Under the pieces are notes generated by a model that saw only the letters and a list, made by a program, of their open reading frames with translations, searched no databases and was not told where the DNA came from. The translations under genes were made by a program, and so were the position numbers. This document shows positions 23,209-35,760 of a stretch of 64,000 nucleotides of DNA, piece after piece. How positions within the stretch are numbered: position 1 is the first letter of the stretch; every line of letters begins with the position of its first letter. The DNA comes from Lytechinus variegatus (lineage: Eukaryota), in assembly GCF_018143015.1 (NCBI RefSeq), contig NC_054751.1, positions 28,385,438-28,449,437 on the forward strand. The letters are read 5' to 3'.

Positions 23209-26200
23209 AGGATGATGATAATGAAAAATAAAAAGCTTGCCACAAGAGGGCTCATATTGGGAGATGTGGATAAAAATCTTTAAAATAGATGTAAGAATAG
23301 TGTTAATTCATATTTAATTAGCTTGATGTAAATTAATATAATTATGGTTTACTATGAGGCAGTCATGGGCCACTTTTCATAATTTTATGATGGCAACATC
23401 AGGCCCAAAGAACAATCTAAAAAAAATACAAATAACAAAAGCATGTGTGCCAGTGTGTGCACACACAGCGTTCTCGCCAGTGTATAATACGCATGGTTCA
23501 AACACCATGCATGCGGAAATGGAGACCAAGTGGAACCATGCGTAAAATTTCAGCGACATGCGTGGAAAAATTAAATGGAAATATTCAGAAAAAAATAATA
23601 CACTTCATGAACTCATCTTGGTGATATCAACTTCATTTATCGGGTTGCGCCGAAGTCCTACCAACTTAAGACCACTTACAGGCCTACTACGGCTAGGAAA
23701 GTGGCAAGGCGCCCAGCTAGCTCGAGGCTGCTATTGCGGGCATATGACAGCACGGTACGGTCGTTCCGTTGCCTATTCCCCCGTTTGCCCTGCACATCAC
23801 ACCGGCTATGCTCCATGGTGAAACGTCAGATCACAGACTCACACAAAACTTACATGTCGATCTACATGCCATTACCTTGTTTGGTGTTGGAACACACAGT
23901 CCTAAATCACTAGGAAGTGTCCGTGATATATTTTGTATTTGTGTATGTGCACGAAAGCCACACGTATGCGCTCAGCTAGCTCAGCGAATTAAGTTGGATG
24001 ACGCGTCTCAACTCTATTGACCAACTCCATTACATATCACATGACCCTCAATCATGAACGCTGTTTTATTCCGAAGTTGAATGCATTTCATGATTTCCCT
24101 TTTCTCGAAAATATTTACAATTCATAAGCTGGAAAGCTGCACTTCTCTTTCTTTGGACTGAACGCCAACGGCAAGTATCTGTGCATTTATGTGCATTTGT
24201 GTGGGCTTAAAAATACGCCACAATGGGGCTTCCTTAGCGGTCTCTATTTGATGAAAAGGCCGTCGCTTCCGCGCTCCGCCCTCCCGCACCCACCCCCCAG
24301 GAGTGGCAGCACAAGTCCCCGACATGGGTGAATTTTTTTCTGGAGAGAACGCTGTGCACACATAGTAACAGATGCTTATTCCCACTCATTCAGCCTAGAC
24401 AAATTCCATCATGTTTCTCCACTAGTTTAGCTCAAAACCTTTTAATTGACTACAGCATTGTGACCTCAAAAACGATGAAGAGAAGCAAAAATGTTCCCCT
24501 ACTGTAAAGGTCACACAAGTGGGTCAGTCACTTTTATTCTAGGGTGATTCAAGGAAATATATCCACATCTAATTAACTGACCAATCACACGACAACAATC
24601 TTCTGATGTCAAAGACAAGATATTTATAAATTGGCATTCACTCACTTTTCTTAATGGTACTTTGAGTGGGAGTATGTTGGTCCCTTTGATGACATCGCCA
24701 AAAGGTTCATAATTCATCCACCTGTGGAAAAAAGTCAGAAATAAAAAATTCATTTAGAACTACACTGTACATGTACCTACATGTATGTGTAACAATACGA
24801 AGATTTTCAAAGTGGTTGGGTACATGGATTTCTATCTCAGAAGAATGAGGCCATGAGTGTGTAGAGACTGTAACAATTCAATAACCAATTTCGAACAACC
24901 ACAAATTTGCATCAATATTCATAACTTCGAGCTTGTAATGTATCAAAGCAAAAAGATGAAAGAAAAAATTATACATAAGAAAGTTGAAGAAGACCTAAAA
25001 GTATTTAGCTACCTGATTTAACAAGTATGCGTATGTGTGCTTTTAATCAGCCTAATTGCCATAATTCAACTTTTAGGACCAAATGTAAATACTCCAATGC
25101 TACTTGGACACTGTGTCCATATAACAGTAGTATACACGATTTTGTTTCATATCTCCATAGAAATGAGTCTAAATGGCATAAATTTTCCTGTAAAATGTAT
25201 GGACTTAATACAAATGGAAAGTATGATTAGTATTGAGTTGAGTACTTTTTGGTGATATTTGATGCATCTTTTTACCAGACATAATGGCTAATAAACTGGG
25301 AGCTCGATGTTCATCTGTCGGCCTCACAGAGACTAACCCTGCAAGCCAAGGTGGCATTAATGATTAATCCATTCAAATTGTCAGAGCAAGACTGCTCTGT
25401 GAAAGGTATCCAAGGGGTCAGGATATTAGAATACAAGAGAACTATAAAAACTAAAATCAAAGTAAATGAGAATTAAACCGTTGGATTTGTGTCCAACAGT
25501 TGGAAAAAGTCCATCAACCGAGATGGAGTCAGGGAGAAAAGAAAGTTTTTAGCTAGAAGCAAGGGACGGACAATTTGAACTGATCATCAGAAGGTCCCAT
25601 AACATTGATATACATCGTACATGTACATTTACGATGGGTCAACCAAGGGGGCATTTGGGTCACCTTGCAGAAGTGGAAATCTCAACAGCAGACAACAATT
25701 ATGTGACTGGCATCCGTCAGAAAGTCAGGTGTAAAGTTCTGCAGAATATGTGGAATCGATATTTTATGAAACCAATAAATCAATAATCTGCTGACAAGCA
25801 TTGAAAACACTACAACAGATTGTTTTGTCACAAATGTGGCCATTGAATAGAATCAAGAGGATCTAACTGGGAAGAAAGTGTACTCCTGTCAATGTGCCAT
25901 GAACCCTTTAGACACATTTGCAAAGGAAGCAATTACCATGCTGAAGAAGCTTGACACTGAAGCAGACCAACCTAAAGAAAATAAAAAACTGCCTTTCCAA
26001 AGCAGGAATGAAGGTAATGCCATGACACTCATTAGAGGTGCTTCCAAATTATTCAACAGTGAGGGTTTGGGGAATGACAAATTTGAGTGCATTCCTCAAC
26101 GAGTAGGGTGTCGAGTGTAGGGTGCCACGTTTCATCGAAACAGATCTGGCATACTTTAGTGCTAGCCTTTTATTCACAATCGGAAATCACATCATCGATT

Positions 26201-26679
26201 ACTTCAGAGCAGTGGAGAAGCCAACATAAACCTCCATCTTGCATTTGTAATGCGTGGACCTACTGGACCATTGACTAGCTCTAGAACCTAGGTTGTCTGA
26301 GCCACATTGATCAACTGCTCTCTGGACCTTGGAAGAAACTAATCAGCACCAGCTCCAACCTCAATATTCTTGACTTGAATGAGAGATATGATCTTGCTAA
26401 AAGGACTTTTGAATACTAGATAGTTCACCCTCAAAGGATTGGAGACATCATCCATGAACGAGAGAAGATCCTGACTTTGATAAATGACAATGAAAGCAGG
26501 GGTTCAGAAAGTGCCCAATCAATCTCTCAACAATTTATACATCTATTTTCGGTAAGAGTTCCATATGCACCCCCACTAAAATTGAAAATAAAAACATGGA
26601 TAAGGTTCAGAATAATATATCTGGACCTAATATAGAACATATATGATGGGGGAATGGAAATACATACGAAAATACAGTC

Positions 26680-27062
26680 CGACCTCTCTTATCCAGCCTC
26701 CCCTTATCCGGATCTCTCTATTATCCGCACGCACAATTGCCAAGATTTTTTTTAAATTAAATCTAGTACTGGTACGTGAGGAAATGAGATTCCAATCTAA
26801 ACTAAATCCTATACGTAAACTCACTTTGATTACATATTTCCCAACATAGTCACCCTACACCAAACATATTTTTATGAAAATATCTCACCCAAATTACCAA
26901 AAGAACTTTAGGAATGATAATTTCCAATAAATCAGGGTGCAGCGCAAATATTTCATCACGTTTCTCTTTTTGCTTCGCGGGAAAAACAAAACATGTCTTG
27001 CTAGCTAACTTTAGGCCTCAATACGGACAGCGCCTCCGCCACGATAAACTTGGTTTCATCGA
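26680..27062. mobile_element. Solo terminal fragment (~380 bp) of the same TIR family as 49425-51172, in inverted orientation
   Basis: This is the reverse complement of 50795-51172 (cagtccgacctctcttatcc...gctagctaactttaggcctcaatacggacagcgcc). Homology stops at 27062. Confidence 0.75.
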
Positions 27063-27636
27063 GTCATTCTTTCTTTCGAGGTATGCTAAAATGTCCCGCT
27101 TCAACCACTGAACTAGAAATACGTATTTTCAGTTCAGTGGTTGAAGCGAGACATTTTAGCACTTTTTAATCTAGCACTGCTCATGATTTTGCCGCCCTCT
27201 ATACGCGTCACGTAACTAGGTTGCATTAACAATGGATCAAAGATGGCGATGTCAACAAATGTGAGTAAACTCTCTTCTACTTTTATTTCTTCATCGCATT
27301 TCTGCAATGTTTTTTAACCATAAGTATCAATTTTTTGCCAAACGTTGCCAACCAATATTTTTACCCATGTACAGAAGTGTTAACCTGAGATTCTAAACAT
27401 AACTAGCAGTTTTATGCATTTGTATAGTTGCCTTTTCCTTCGGTGTGTGGGACCCTATAGATCCTAACGCCAGGCGTAAGGGAGTGAAGGTACAATAGTA
27501 CTATGATTTTTACCTTCAGACGCCTCCAGGCTACCTCTACTCTCTTGTAGTTGTAGCGGAAGGAGTTTCGGCTAACATTATTCGCATCATGAAGCGATGT
27601 TACCTATGGATACCTATGGATGCTTCTGAACGCAGT

Positions 27637-28970
27637 CTAAGACTCTATATTCAGTTCCAAATTCTGTCTCCTTTTTAGGTTGGCCGGATCATGTCCTGGT
27701 GGGTCAGCATCAAACTTGAACTTCACAGGTTCACATCTCCAATACTTATCCAATCCATTTTCGAAGCTGTGGACACTGGGTGCATTTACTAATTCACTAC
27801 TTAGGCTATTCCAAGGTTTCCTCATTCTTATGTAAAAGGAATTCTTACGTTTCTCAGTTACTGACCTCGGAATGTACAATTTTTTATCATGACCCCTGGT
27901 AGGCCCCTGCACCTGTCCCAAATCTGGCACTACCTCCTGGTCATACCTGTGAAATAACTTGTATGTTTCAATCATGTCTCCTCGCGCACGGCGATAAGCT
28001 AATGTAGGAAGTTTTAGTTGAATCAATCTTTGTTCATATGGGAGGTTCTTAACCTCAGGTACCAACTTAGTGGCCCTTCTTTGTACATTTTCTATTGCTT
28101 GAATATGTTTCTTTAAGTATGGACTCCATACTGCATGAGCATACTCCAAATGAGGTCTAATCAATGCTTTGTATAGGAGCAAGAAGTTCTCCTTGTGAAG
28201 ATAAACAAATGTTCTCCTAATTAGATTCATTAGCCTATTGGCTTTATTTATGTTTGACTGAAAGTGTTGGTCAAAACTAAGCTTTGTGTCGACAATCACT
28301 CCTAAATCTTTACTAGTTTCAACTTGTGATAGATTATGTGACGCATTATCATGAGTCATTGTATAGTCAATGAAATCATCATTTCTTTTACCTATTGTAA
28401 GTACACAACATTTATCCGGATGGAACTTTAATAGCCACTTGTCTGACCATGAAACTAGACGATCTAAGTCCGCTTGTAATAACTCAGCATCTCTGTCATT
28501 TTTTACATGCTTGTATAACTTGGTGTCATCTGCAAATAAATGAACAGTACTTGACAAAATCTGATCTGGTAGATCATTAATGTACATTACAAAAGCAGGG
28601 GTCCGAGGACACTCCCTTGCGGTATTCTGCTGGTTACATCAGCCCAGTCAGAGAACACACCATTCACACAAACACGGTGCTGTCGACCAACAAGAAATGA
28701 CCTGACCCACTCACATATGAGCTTCGATATGCCAAATCCCTCAACTTTGGCTAAAAGTCTTTGGTGTGGGACCTTATCAAAGGCTTTCATGAAATCTAGG
28801 TAGATGACATCAACTGCACCACCAACCTCCAACATATTTGTCCAATCATCTAACACATTGAGTAATTGCAACATTGTTGATCGTCCTGATACAAATCCAA
28901 ATTGTTTTGAACTGAGAAGGTTGTTGCTCTTCACATGCTCATATATTTCATCCCTCAAGATAGACTCCAT
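27637..28970 (-). pseudogene. Frameshifted reverse-transcriptase coding remnant of the LINE
   Basis: Two adjacent ORFs in different frames share continuous RT homology (fingers/palm motifs through the C-terminal domain). Confidence 0.8.
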
Positions 28971-28994
28971 GATTTTACATACAATACATGTTAG

Positions 28995-29057
28995 ACTTAT
29001 TTCGGACAGGTTGACTGTCCGTCTTCAGGACACTCCTGAAGACGGACAGTCAACCTG
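28995..29057. repeat. Perfect hairpin (30-bp stem, 3-nt loop) at the 5' truncation point of the LINE
   Basis: ttcggacaggttgactgtccgtcttcagga cac tcctgaagacggacagtcaacctgtccgaa. One arm is in-frame RT coding sequence and the other is its inverted duplicate. Confidence 0.9.
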
Positions 29058-30411
29058 TCCGAAACGTCGAGCTCTCTACTACTCATCATCTCTACTCGCC
29101 GACTCAAGCCAGCATCTCCTCATCAGCTCTACTACTCAAGCTGTTCTCACTTAACATTCCTTCTGGTTTACAGTCCTTTTCAGGACTATTTTCAAGAAAG
29201 AATACTCTACTCTCAAATCTCCACTTTCTCGCCTATTCACTTCTTCTATCCACTGTTTCTATAACACTCCACATGGTGTACCGTAAACCACATCAGCAAA
29301 TGGACATGTGATTACATTTTTTTAGGAGGAATGATTAGCTGTGTGAAAATATGTATGTAGAATTGTATGCAATTTATTTCAAGTATCAAGAAGGATAAAA
29401 ATTAAGTTTTAATACATGTATATTCTATCAGTTGTTAATGTATTTCTTAGATTTGTATACATACATTGTATTACAAAGGCCCTGTTTGAGATTTCTTTTT
29501 TTAAAGAAAAATAAATAAATTCAAATTATTAGTGGAAGCCAAAAGAAAAGGAAAAGAGTGGTCTATTTCTTTCAAAGCAAAACAAAAAAACAGGAATAAA
29601 TATAACAAAGCTCTAAACAACAATATAACAGACATCAAAGCTCCAAATAAACTCTAAAAACAAGAGAAACAAAAGTGATACAAACGCTTATACCAATCCC
29701 ATATATTTTCCAATTCAAAACACAACCCCCAACTGCACCCCTAATGAAAAAAAAGAAAAGTAAATTAAAAAAAATAAATAGTAAAATTAATAATAAAAAA
29801 CATAAATACAAGACTTAGACCCATCTGGAAATGAAATATTATTTCCTCTGAGTTTTTATGTATTTTCTTACAAGAGTGAAATAATTACAAAAAAAAACAT
29901 ATAGTTTGTGCATTTTAATAGAAAAATCTACATTTAAGATATTCTCCTTTCAAACACAAATCCAGTCTCCAAATAATGAAACATGAAAAAAAAATGAAAA
30001 AATAAACGATACAAAAAGTTAAAAAGAAACTAAAAAATATATATATGAAAACGAAACTATTTTTTTTTAAATAAACATAATTTTTGCATTTTAATTAGAA
30101 AGTCAACATTTATGATATTCCCCTTTCAAAAGCAAATCCAGTCTTTCAATAATGAAACATGTTTGAAAATTTTCAAAACATAATTTTTTCTACAAAATAA
30201 AAAAAAGAAACACTATAGATTTTGCATTTTAATTTAATAAGTCAACATTAATATTCCACTTCCAAAAGAATCCAGTTTCCAATTGATGAAACATGATTGA
30301 ACAATCAAACATCTTGACTCTATAACCTTGGGAGGAAAGAATGTTTTTGTGACAAATATTCAAATCAATATCAGCATAATAATCTATGGTATGGCACAAT
30401 ATTATCAAGTA

Positions 30412-31524
30412 ACAAGTGGAATGCCTCTGGCCGTCTCACCTGCATCACGCGGTTCAATATAGCAGCAGTGCTGACTTTGAATACTACTCTAACTCGCACA
30501 AGATGTTCGGTGATACATGGTTACTCTCATGTCCACTTTTTATGAACTAGACCAATAAACTTACAGAGATATGATGGTTATTCAACAAAAAAACCCAACA
30601 TGGCCAAAGTTCATTGACCTTACATGACCTTTGACCTTGATCATGTGACCTGAAACTCGAACAGGATGTTCAGTGATACTTGATTACTCTTATGTACAAG
30701 TTTCATGAATCAGATCCATAAACTTTCAAAGTTATGATGGTAATTCAACAGATACACCCAATTCGGCCAAAGTTCATTGACCTTTGACCTTGGTCATGAC
30801 CTTGGTCATGTGACCTGAAACGCGCACAGGGTGTTCAGCGATACTTGATTACTCTAATGTCCAAGTTTAATGAACTAGACCAATAAACTTTCAAAGTTAT
30901 GATGGTAATTCAACAGATACCCCCGATTCGGCAAAAGTTCATTGACCCTAAATGACCTTTGACCTTAATCATGAGACCTGAAACTTGCACAAAATTTTCA
31001 GTGATGCTTGATTACTATTGTGTCAAGTTTCATGAATCAGATCCATAAACTTTCAAAGTTATGATGGGAATTCAACAGATATCCCCAATTCGGCCAAAGT
31101 TCATTGACCCTAAATGACCTTTGACCTTGGTCATGTGACGTGAAACTCATGTAGGATGTTCAGTGATACTTGATTAACCTAATGTCCAAGTTTCATGAAC
31201 TAGGTCCATATATTTTCTAAGTTATGACATTTCAAAAACTTAACCTCAGGTTAAGATTTCGATGTTGATTCCTCCAACATGGTCTAAGTTCATTGACCCT
31301 AAATGACCTTTGACCTTGGTCATGTGACATGAAACTCTAATAGGATGTTCAGTAATACTTTATTAACCTTATGGCCAAGTTTTATTAACTAGGTCCATAT
31401 ACTTTCTAAGTTATGACCTCATTTCAAAAACTTAACCTCAGGTTAACATTTGATGTTGACGCCGCCGCCGCTGTCGGAAAAGCGGCGCCTATAGTCTCAC
31501 TTTGCTTCGCAGGTGAGACAAAAA
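30412..31524 (+). mobile_element. Composite satellite-bearing element, copy 2
   Basis: The head and tail are identical to copy 1, and the internal tandem units are collinear. Confidence 0.85.
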
Positions 31525-34302
31525 CAATACAGATCCAGTTCAATCCAGCATGAACGACTCACTATTGACTGCTGCCCTCACCAAGCCCTCCGCATCGGGT
31601 ACCGGTAGCTTGACTGCCGAAAGACCGACGGGAGCCCACCGGGCAGCTGGACTGCCGAGAGACCGGCTGTGACAAGGGTAGCTGGCACCTCTTATATTCT
31701 GGACTGCGTCATGTCAGAATGGTATGATTTTAGATTTTTTGGCAATTTGAATATATTTAAAGTTAATTCTGATACCTAATTTGAACGTTCTTCTACTTAC
31801 CATAAAAAAATTTCGAACATTTATGCGTCCAAAAATTTGATGAACTTTCAAGCTCCGATATCCACACTTTACAGGCGAGTATCCACATTGAAACTTATAT
31901 GTACAGAAAGTGCACATCTTCAACTGTCTGTTAAAAGGCACAAGATTGCATCTACTATGTGCGCATGAGCATTAAACCCCATTTTCGATAAGCCGCCCAG
32001 ACAGAGGCGATGCCACTTGCAGCAAAACCTGCGCGAAAACACCAAAACCAGCGCTCGCGATGCCCCGTACTCGCACATACCTAGATTATAATTAAAAATC
32101 TGCAACCCAGTATCCTCACACATCATAATTATCAACTCTTTAACTGACATACAACTATAAAATCCATAGCGTAAACATGTACACGATGCAAGGTTTGTAC
32201 AGCATACTAACCTCGCAATACATGTGAGTGCACCCATGGTTGGCAACAGTAAAAGAAATGATAGAAAAATCTGAAGTGAATGAAGCGGAAGTATCAATCA
32301 ACAATCTTTCGTTATTTTTTGCTGGGGTGTGGGTTGCATATGGAACCGTTTCCCTATTTTCATTTCTGTAAACTGAACTCTACTAGTTTATTAAACTAAA
32401 TACAATTATACAAAATGGCATTATCGTGATATTGGGAACCACCGTTCACTTCATACACTACAGCACTCATGTTTGGACCTCATTGGTACTAGTAGGAGTG
32501 CTCAGCAGTGCTTTATTCAGTCACACGCACGGTTCCCCATTTCCACCTCCATTCACTTCGTACACAAGTGTGCGTACACAAATCTACGAGTGGTTCCCCA
32601 AAACACGATTTGGCCTACAAAATAAAGAGCTGCAGATGACTGACCGTCTCTAATCTTTATCAATTCTAGATCTACAGTCCAGCACGAAAATTAGTGTATG
32701 GGGCTATAATTTACGCCGTACTTTCTCTTTTACACAGGCATTTCGCACTCACACAATTCGCCGATCCAGGCGAAACACTTATCTTTTATCACTTAAAGTA
32801 CTTGAATAAATTATCGAAAAATTGAAGGGAAATTATAAGCAGATCAAATAAATCATGTAACAATGGTATTTCATACTCACCGATCCGGTATTTTATTAGC
32901 TTTTGACATGGTTCTAGCGGCGGCTTCTTCAAAAACTCTGCAAAATTACCTCGCAAGGACGCAAGCTGGCGTTGTGCAACGAACGTAGAGGGCCGCCCTC
33001 TCTACGTTGTTGGCTGAAAATAATGATTATTGTCCTATCCTACCTTTATGGTATATATGTTGCTACTGTGAAGAGAATTTCAACTATACTCTAGTCCCTC
33101 TTTTTCTTTGTCTCCGACCTCCTCACGCTCCATGCAAGTTGCAGGGGGTCATTCTGATCAGTTGCTCTCCAGATCAAGCTCCTGAGGAAGAGCACCTTTG
33201 ATAATCATGCTCTTGCCTTGTCTTGTCTTGGGTGAAGTCGGCATATGCAGACTTGCTGTAATCAGCTCTTTATATCAGTTGAGGGTAAGCTCACGATCTT
33301 TGAAGCATCTGTCTTCTTGCTAAATAATGTGAAGTGGTACTCAGTAATTTTGAAAGACGATTACATTTTTTATATTAGTTAAGAAAGATGAAAAGTATAA
33401 ATATCATACCTTTAATTTATCTAGTCCACTTCTTCAACATCGGAATCTATTTAAGATCTTATTGCCAAATTAACACAACATGGTATAACAAATAGGGAAT
33501 TATCTGTACAAAGCTAGCATTTTTCTCCAAACTTCAATGCCATACCTTTAATTTCAATAACTTTTCCATCAGTATGCAAAAGAACAAAAATGAGACCACT
33601 GCCAAATATAAGTGTCCTCAGAGACCAATTATGCATGCGCTTATACTGCCATTACATCTTCAGAAGATAGCTGATAGTACATGGAATACCGGGTGGGCCT
33701 ACCCGTACTTGTTCAAGACTCGGTGGTTGTTCCCAAGGAATTAAAAGATCTCCCTTGTCGATACAATTCAGTGTCACCCTGTTCTATAACTTTTAAGGAT
33801 TAATGCATGCAGTTGCTGGTCGGCCGTCGAATCATGTATTTCATAATTCGATTCACACTTGCAGTATATGTGAATCGAAGTATAACACAGATCTGGCATA
33901 GGCATTGGTTGAGATTGTTGGTGAAGGGGAATCCTATATTGTGAGCATCTGGTCGAAGATGTATGGTATAGAGGGTAGTTGTGAGAATATAACATGACAT
34001 GGTGTGAATGTTAAATTGGTGTAGATTATTTGGAATCCCATGAAATGATTTGATACAAAATGATGAATTAAACGCTTTGTTTAAAGTCAGGCCTGTGAAA
34101 CTCGAGCGATCATCAAACTTTCATGCATGTGTGCCACCTTTACATGTGGTTCATTTTTATAAGCTTTAATGTTCATTCCATTTTGCATAAGCTTTGATTT
34201 GATACCAAACATGATATGTTTAGTGTACACTAGATAAATCATAATTAAGAGGTTGGCCTACTATATGTAAAAAGGATGGTGTGGTTTATAACGTCATATA
34301 TA

Positions 34303-34546
<244 letters not shown>

Positions 34547-34551
<5 letters not shown>

Positions 34552-34882
34552 TCTTTTACATGTGTCACCAAGGATTGCATATATTGCATCTACAGACTGC
34601 TCCAAGTGCAAGGAGATCTACATCGGAGAAACGAAAAGGAGGCTAGCTGACAGAGTGACCGAACATCTTCGCTCCATCAGGATCAAGTCAGCAGGTTTGC
34701 CGGTAGCCCATCATTTTACCCAACCGGACCATAACATCGGGTACTTCAAGGTGTGCGTTCTTCTGGCTGGTTTTCGTTCAGATGGGATAAGGAAAGAGAA
34801 GGAGGAACGCCTCATCCACTCACTCGGCTTTCTCCAACCTGATGGAATGAATGCGTCTTTCCATTCTTTTCCCGTGGTGTGA
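34547..34882 (+). mobile_element. 3' fragment of a Penelope-like element (PLE) encoding the C-terminal GIY-YIG endonuclease domain
   Basis: Translation is [85 protein letters not shown]. This has the CxxC ... YIGET..R...R..EH ... (E)ERLIH.L....P.GMN architecture typical of the PLE endonuclease. It starts abruptly after a (TA)n tract. Stop TGA is at 34880-34882. Confidence 0.75.
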
Positions 34883-35215
34883 TTTTCTTTTCTCCCCCCC
34901 TCTCTCCCTCTCTCTCTTGCTTCCCTTTCTTCCTTTCTTTCTGTTGTCCTTCCCTTTCTTTTTCTTCTCTTTTTCTCTTTTTTCCCCCCAGCTGTCCTCT
35001 ATTTCTGCCCCTTCTCTCCCTCTCTCTCTCTTTTCTTCTAGTCGGTTTTCTTTTTCCGTTTTCTCTCTTCCTTTTGTCTCCCCGGCTTTCTTCTTTTTCT
35101 TCCCTTCCCCTTTCTTTCTTTTTCTTTGTTTTCTCTCTCTCTCTTTTCTTTTGTACTGTTGCGCTTCGCGTCTTACCTCTTAGCGCGTTGTTTTTTACGC
35201 TTTGCGTTTTGCGCA
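34883..35215. repeat. CT-rich low-complexity tract immediately 3' of the PLE fragment
   Basis: ctctccctctctctcttgcttccctttcttcc... Confidence 0.85.
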
Positions 35216-35484
35216 CTGCGTTTCTTGGTGTTGTTGACTAATAAATTCATCATTTCCTGATGAAGCCCTATGGGCGAAAATTTGATCAACTTTTCTATCT
35301 ACGGTTGTTTTTATTCACATTATATTTTGCTTTATATATATATTTTTATATGTTAATTTTTCCAAAGGGTAGATAGCTCTGGGGAACCTTGATTTAAGCT
35401 ACGCCTACCATTGTTCTCTTCATCCATTTCTTTACTATGTTTAAATAAAAAAAGAGTTGCCAAAAGCTGTTGTACATGTAAAGC

Positions 35485-35550
35485 TTTACACACACATAAA
35501 TAAATAAATATATATATATAAATATGAATATATATATATATATATAAATA

Positions 35551-35639
<89 letters not shown>

Positions 35640-35760
35640 ATATAAATATATATTAAATAAATGAATATATATATAAAATATTCCATATATATATTTGATT
35701 GAAATATTAAATCAAATATATATATATTCATTTATTTATTTATTTATATATAAGCAAACA
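35485..35760. repeat. (TA)n / (TAAA)n compound AT microsatellite
   Basis: aaataaataaatatatatatat... Confidence 0.9.

Larger units (their letters stand above)
27420..29057 (-). mobile_element. 5'-truncated non-LTR retrotransposon (LINE, CR1/L2-like) with a frameshifted reverse-transcriptase ORF. A 30-bp perfect inverted duplication forms its 5' junction
   Basis: ORFs 28587..28970 and 27637..28587 on the minus strand carry RT motifs: PISLT-like ISLTCIVCK, NLLSSKQFGFVSGRST, YLDFMKAFDKVPH, IPQGSVLGPLLL and FADD. They are separated by a frameshift at 28587. A 3' UTR lies below 27637. A hairpin at 28995-29057 forms the junction. Confidence 0.85.

Noticed and set aside
34812-35241. Arg/Glu/Lys-rich minus-strand ORF and Ser/Leu/Phe-rich plus-strand ORFs
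   Set aside because: Both come from a CT/GA low-complexity tract 3' of the PLE fragment, with no independent evidence of coding
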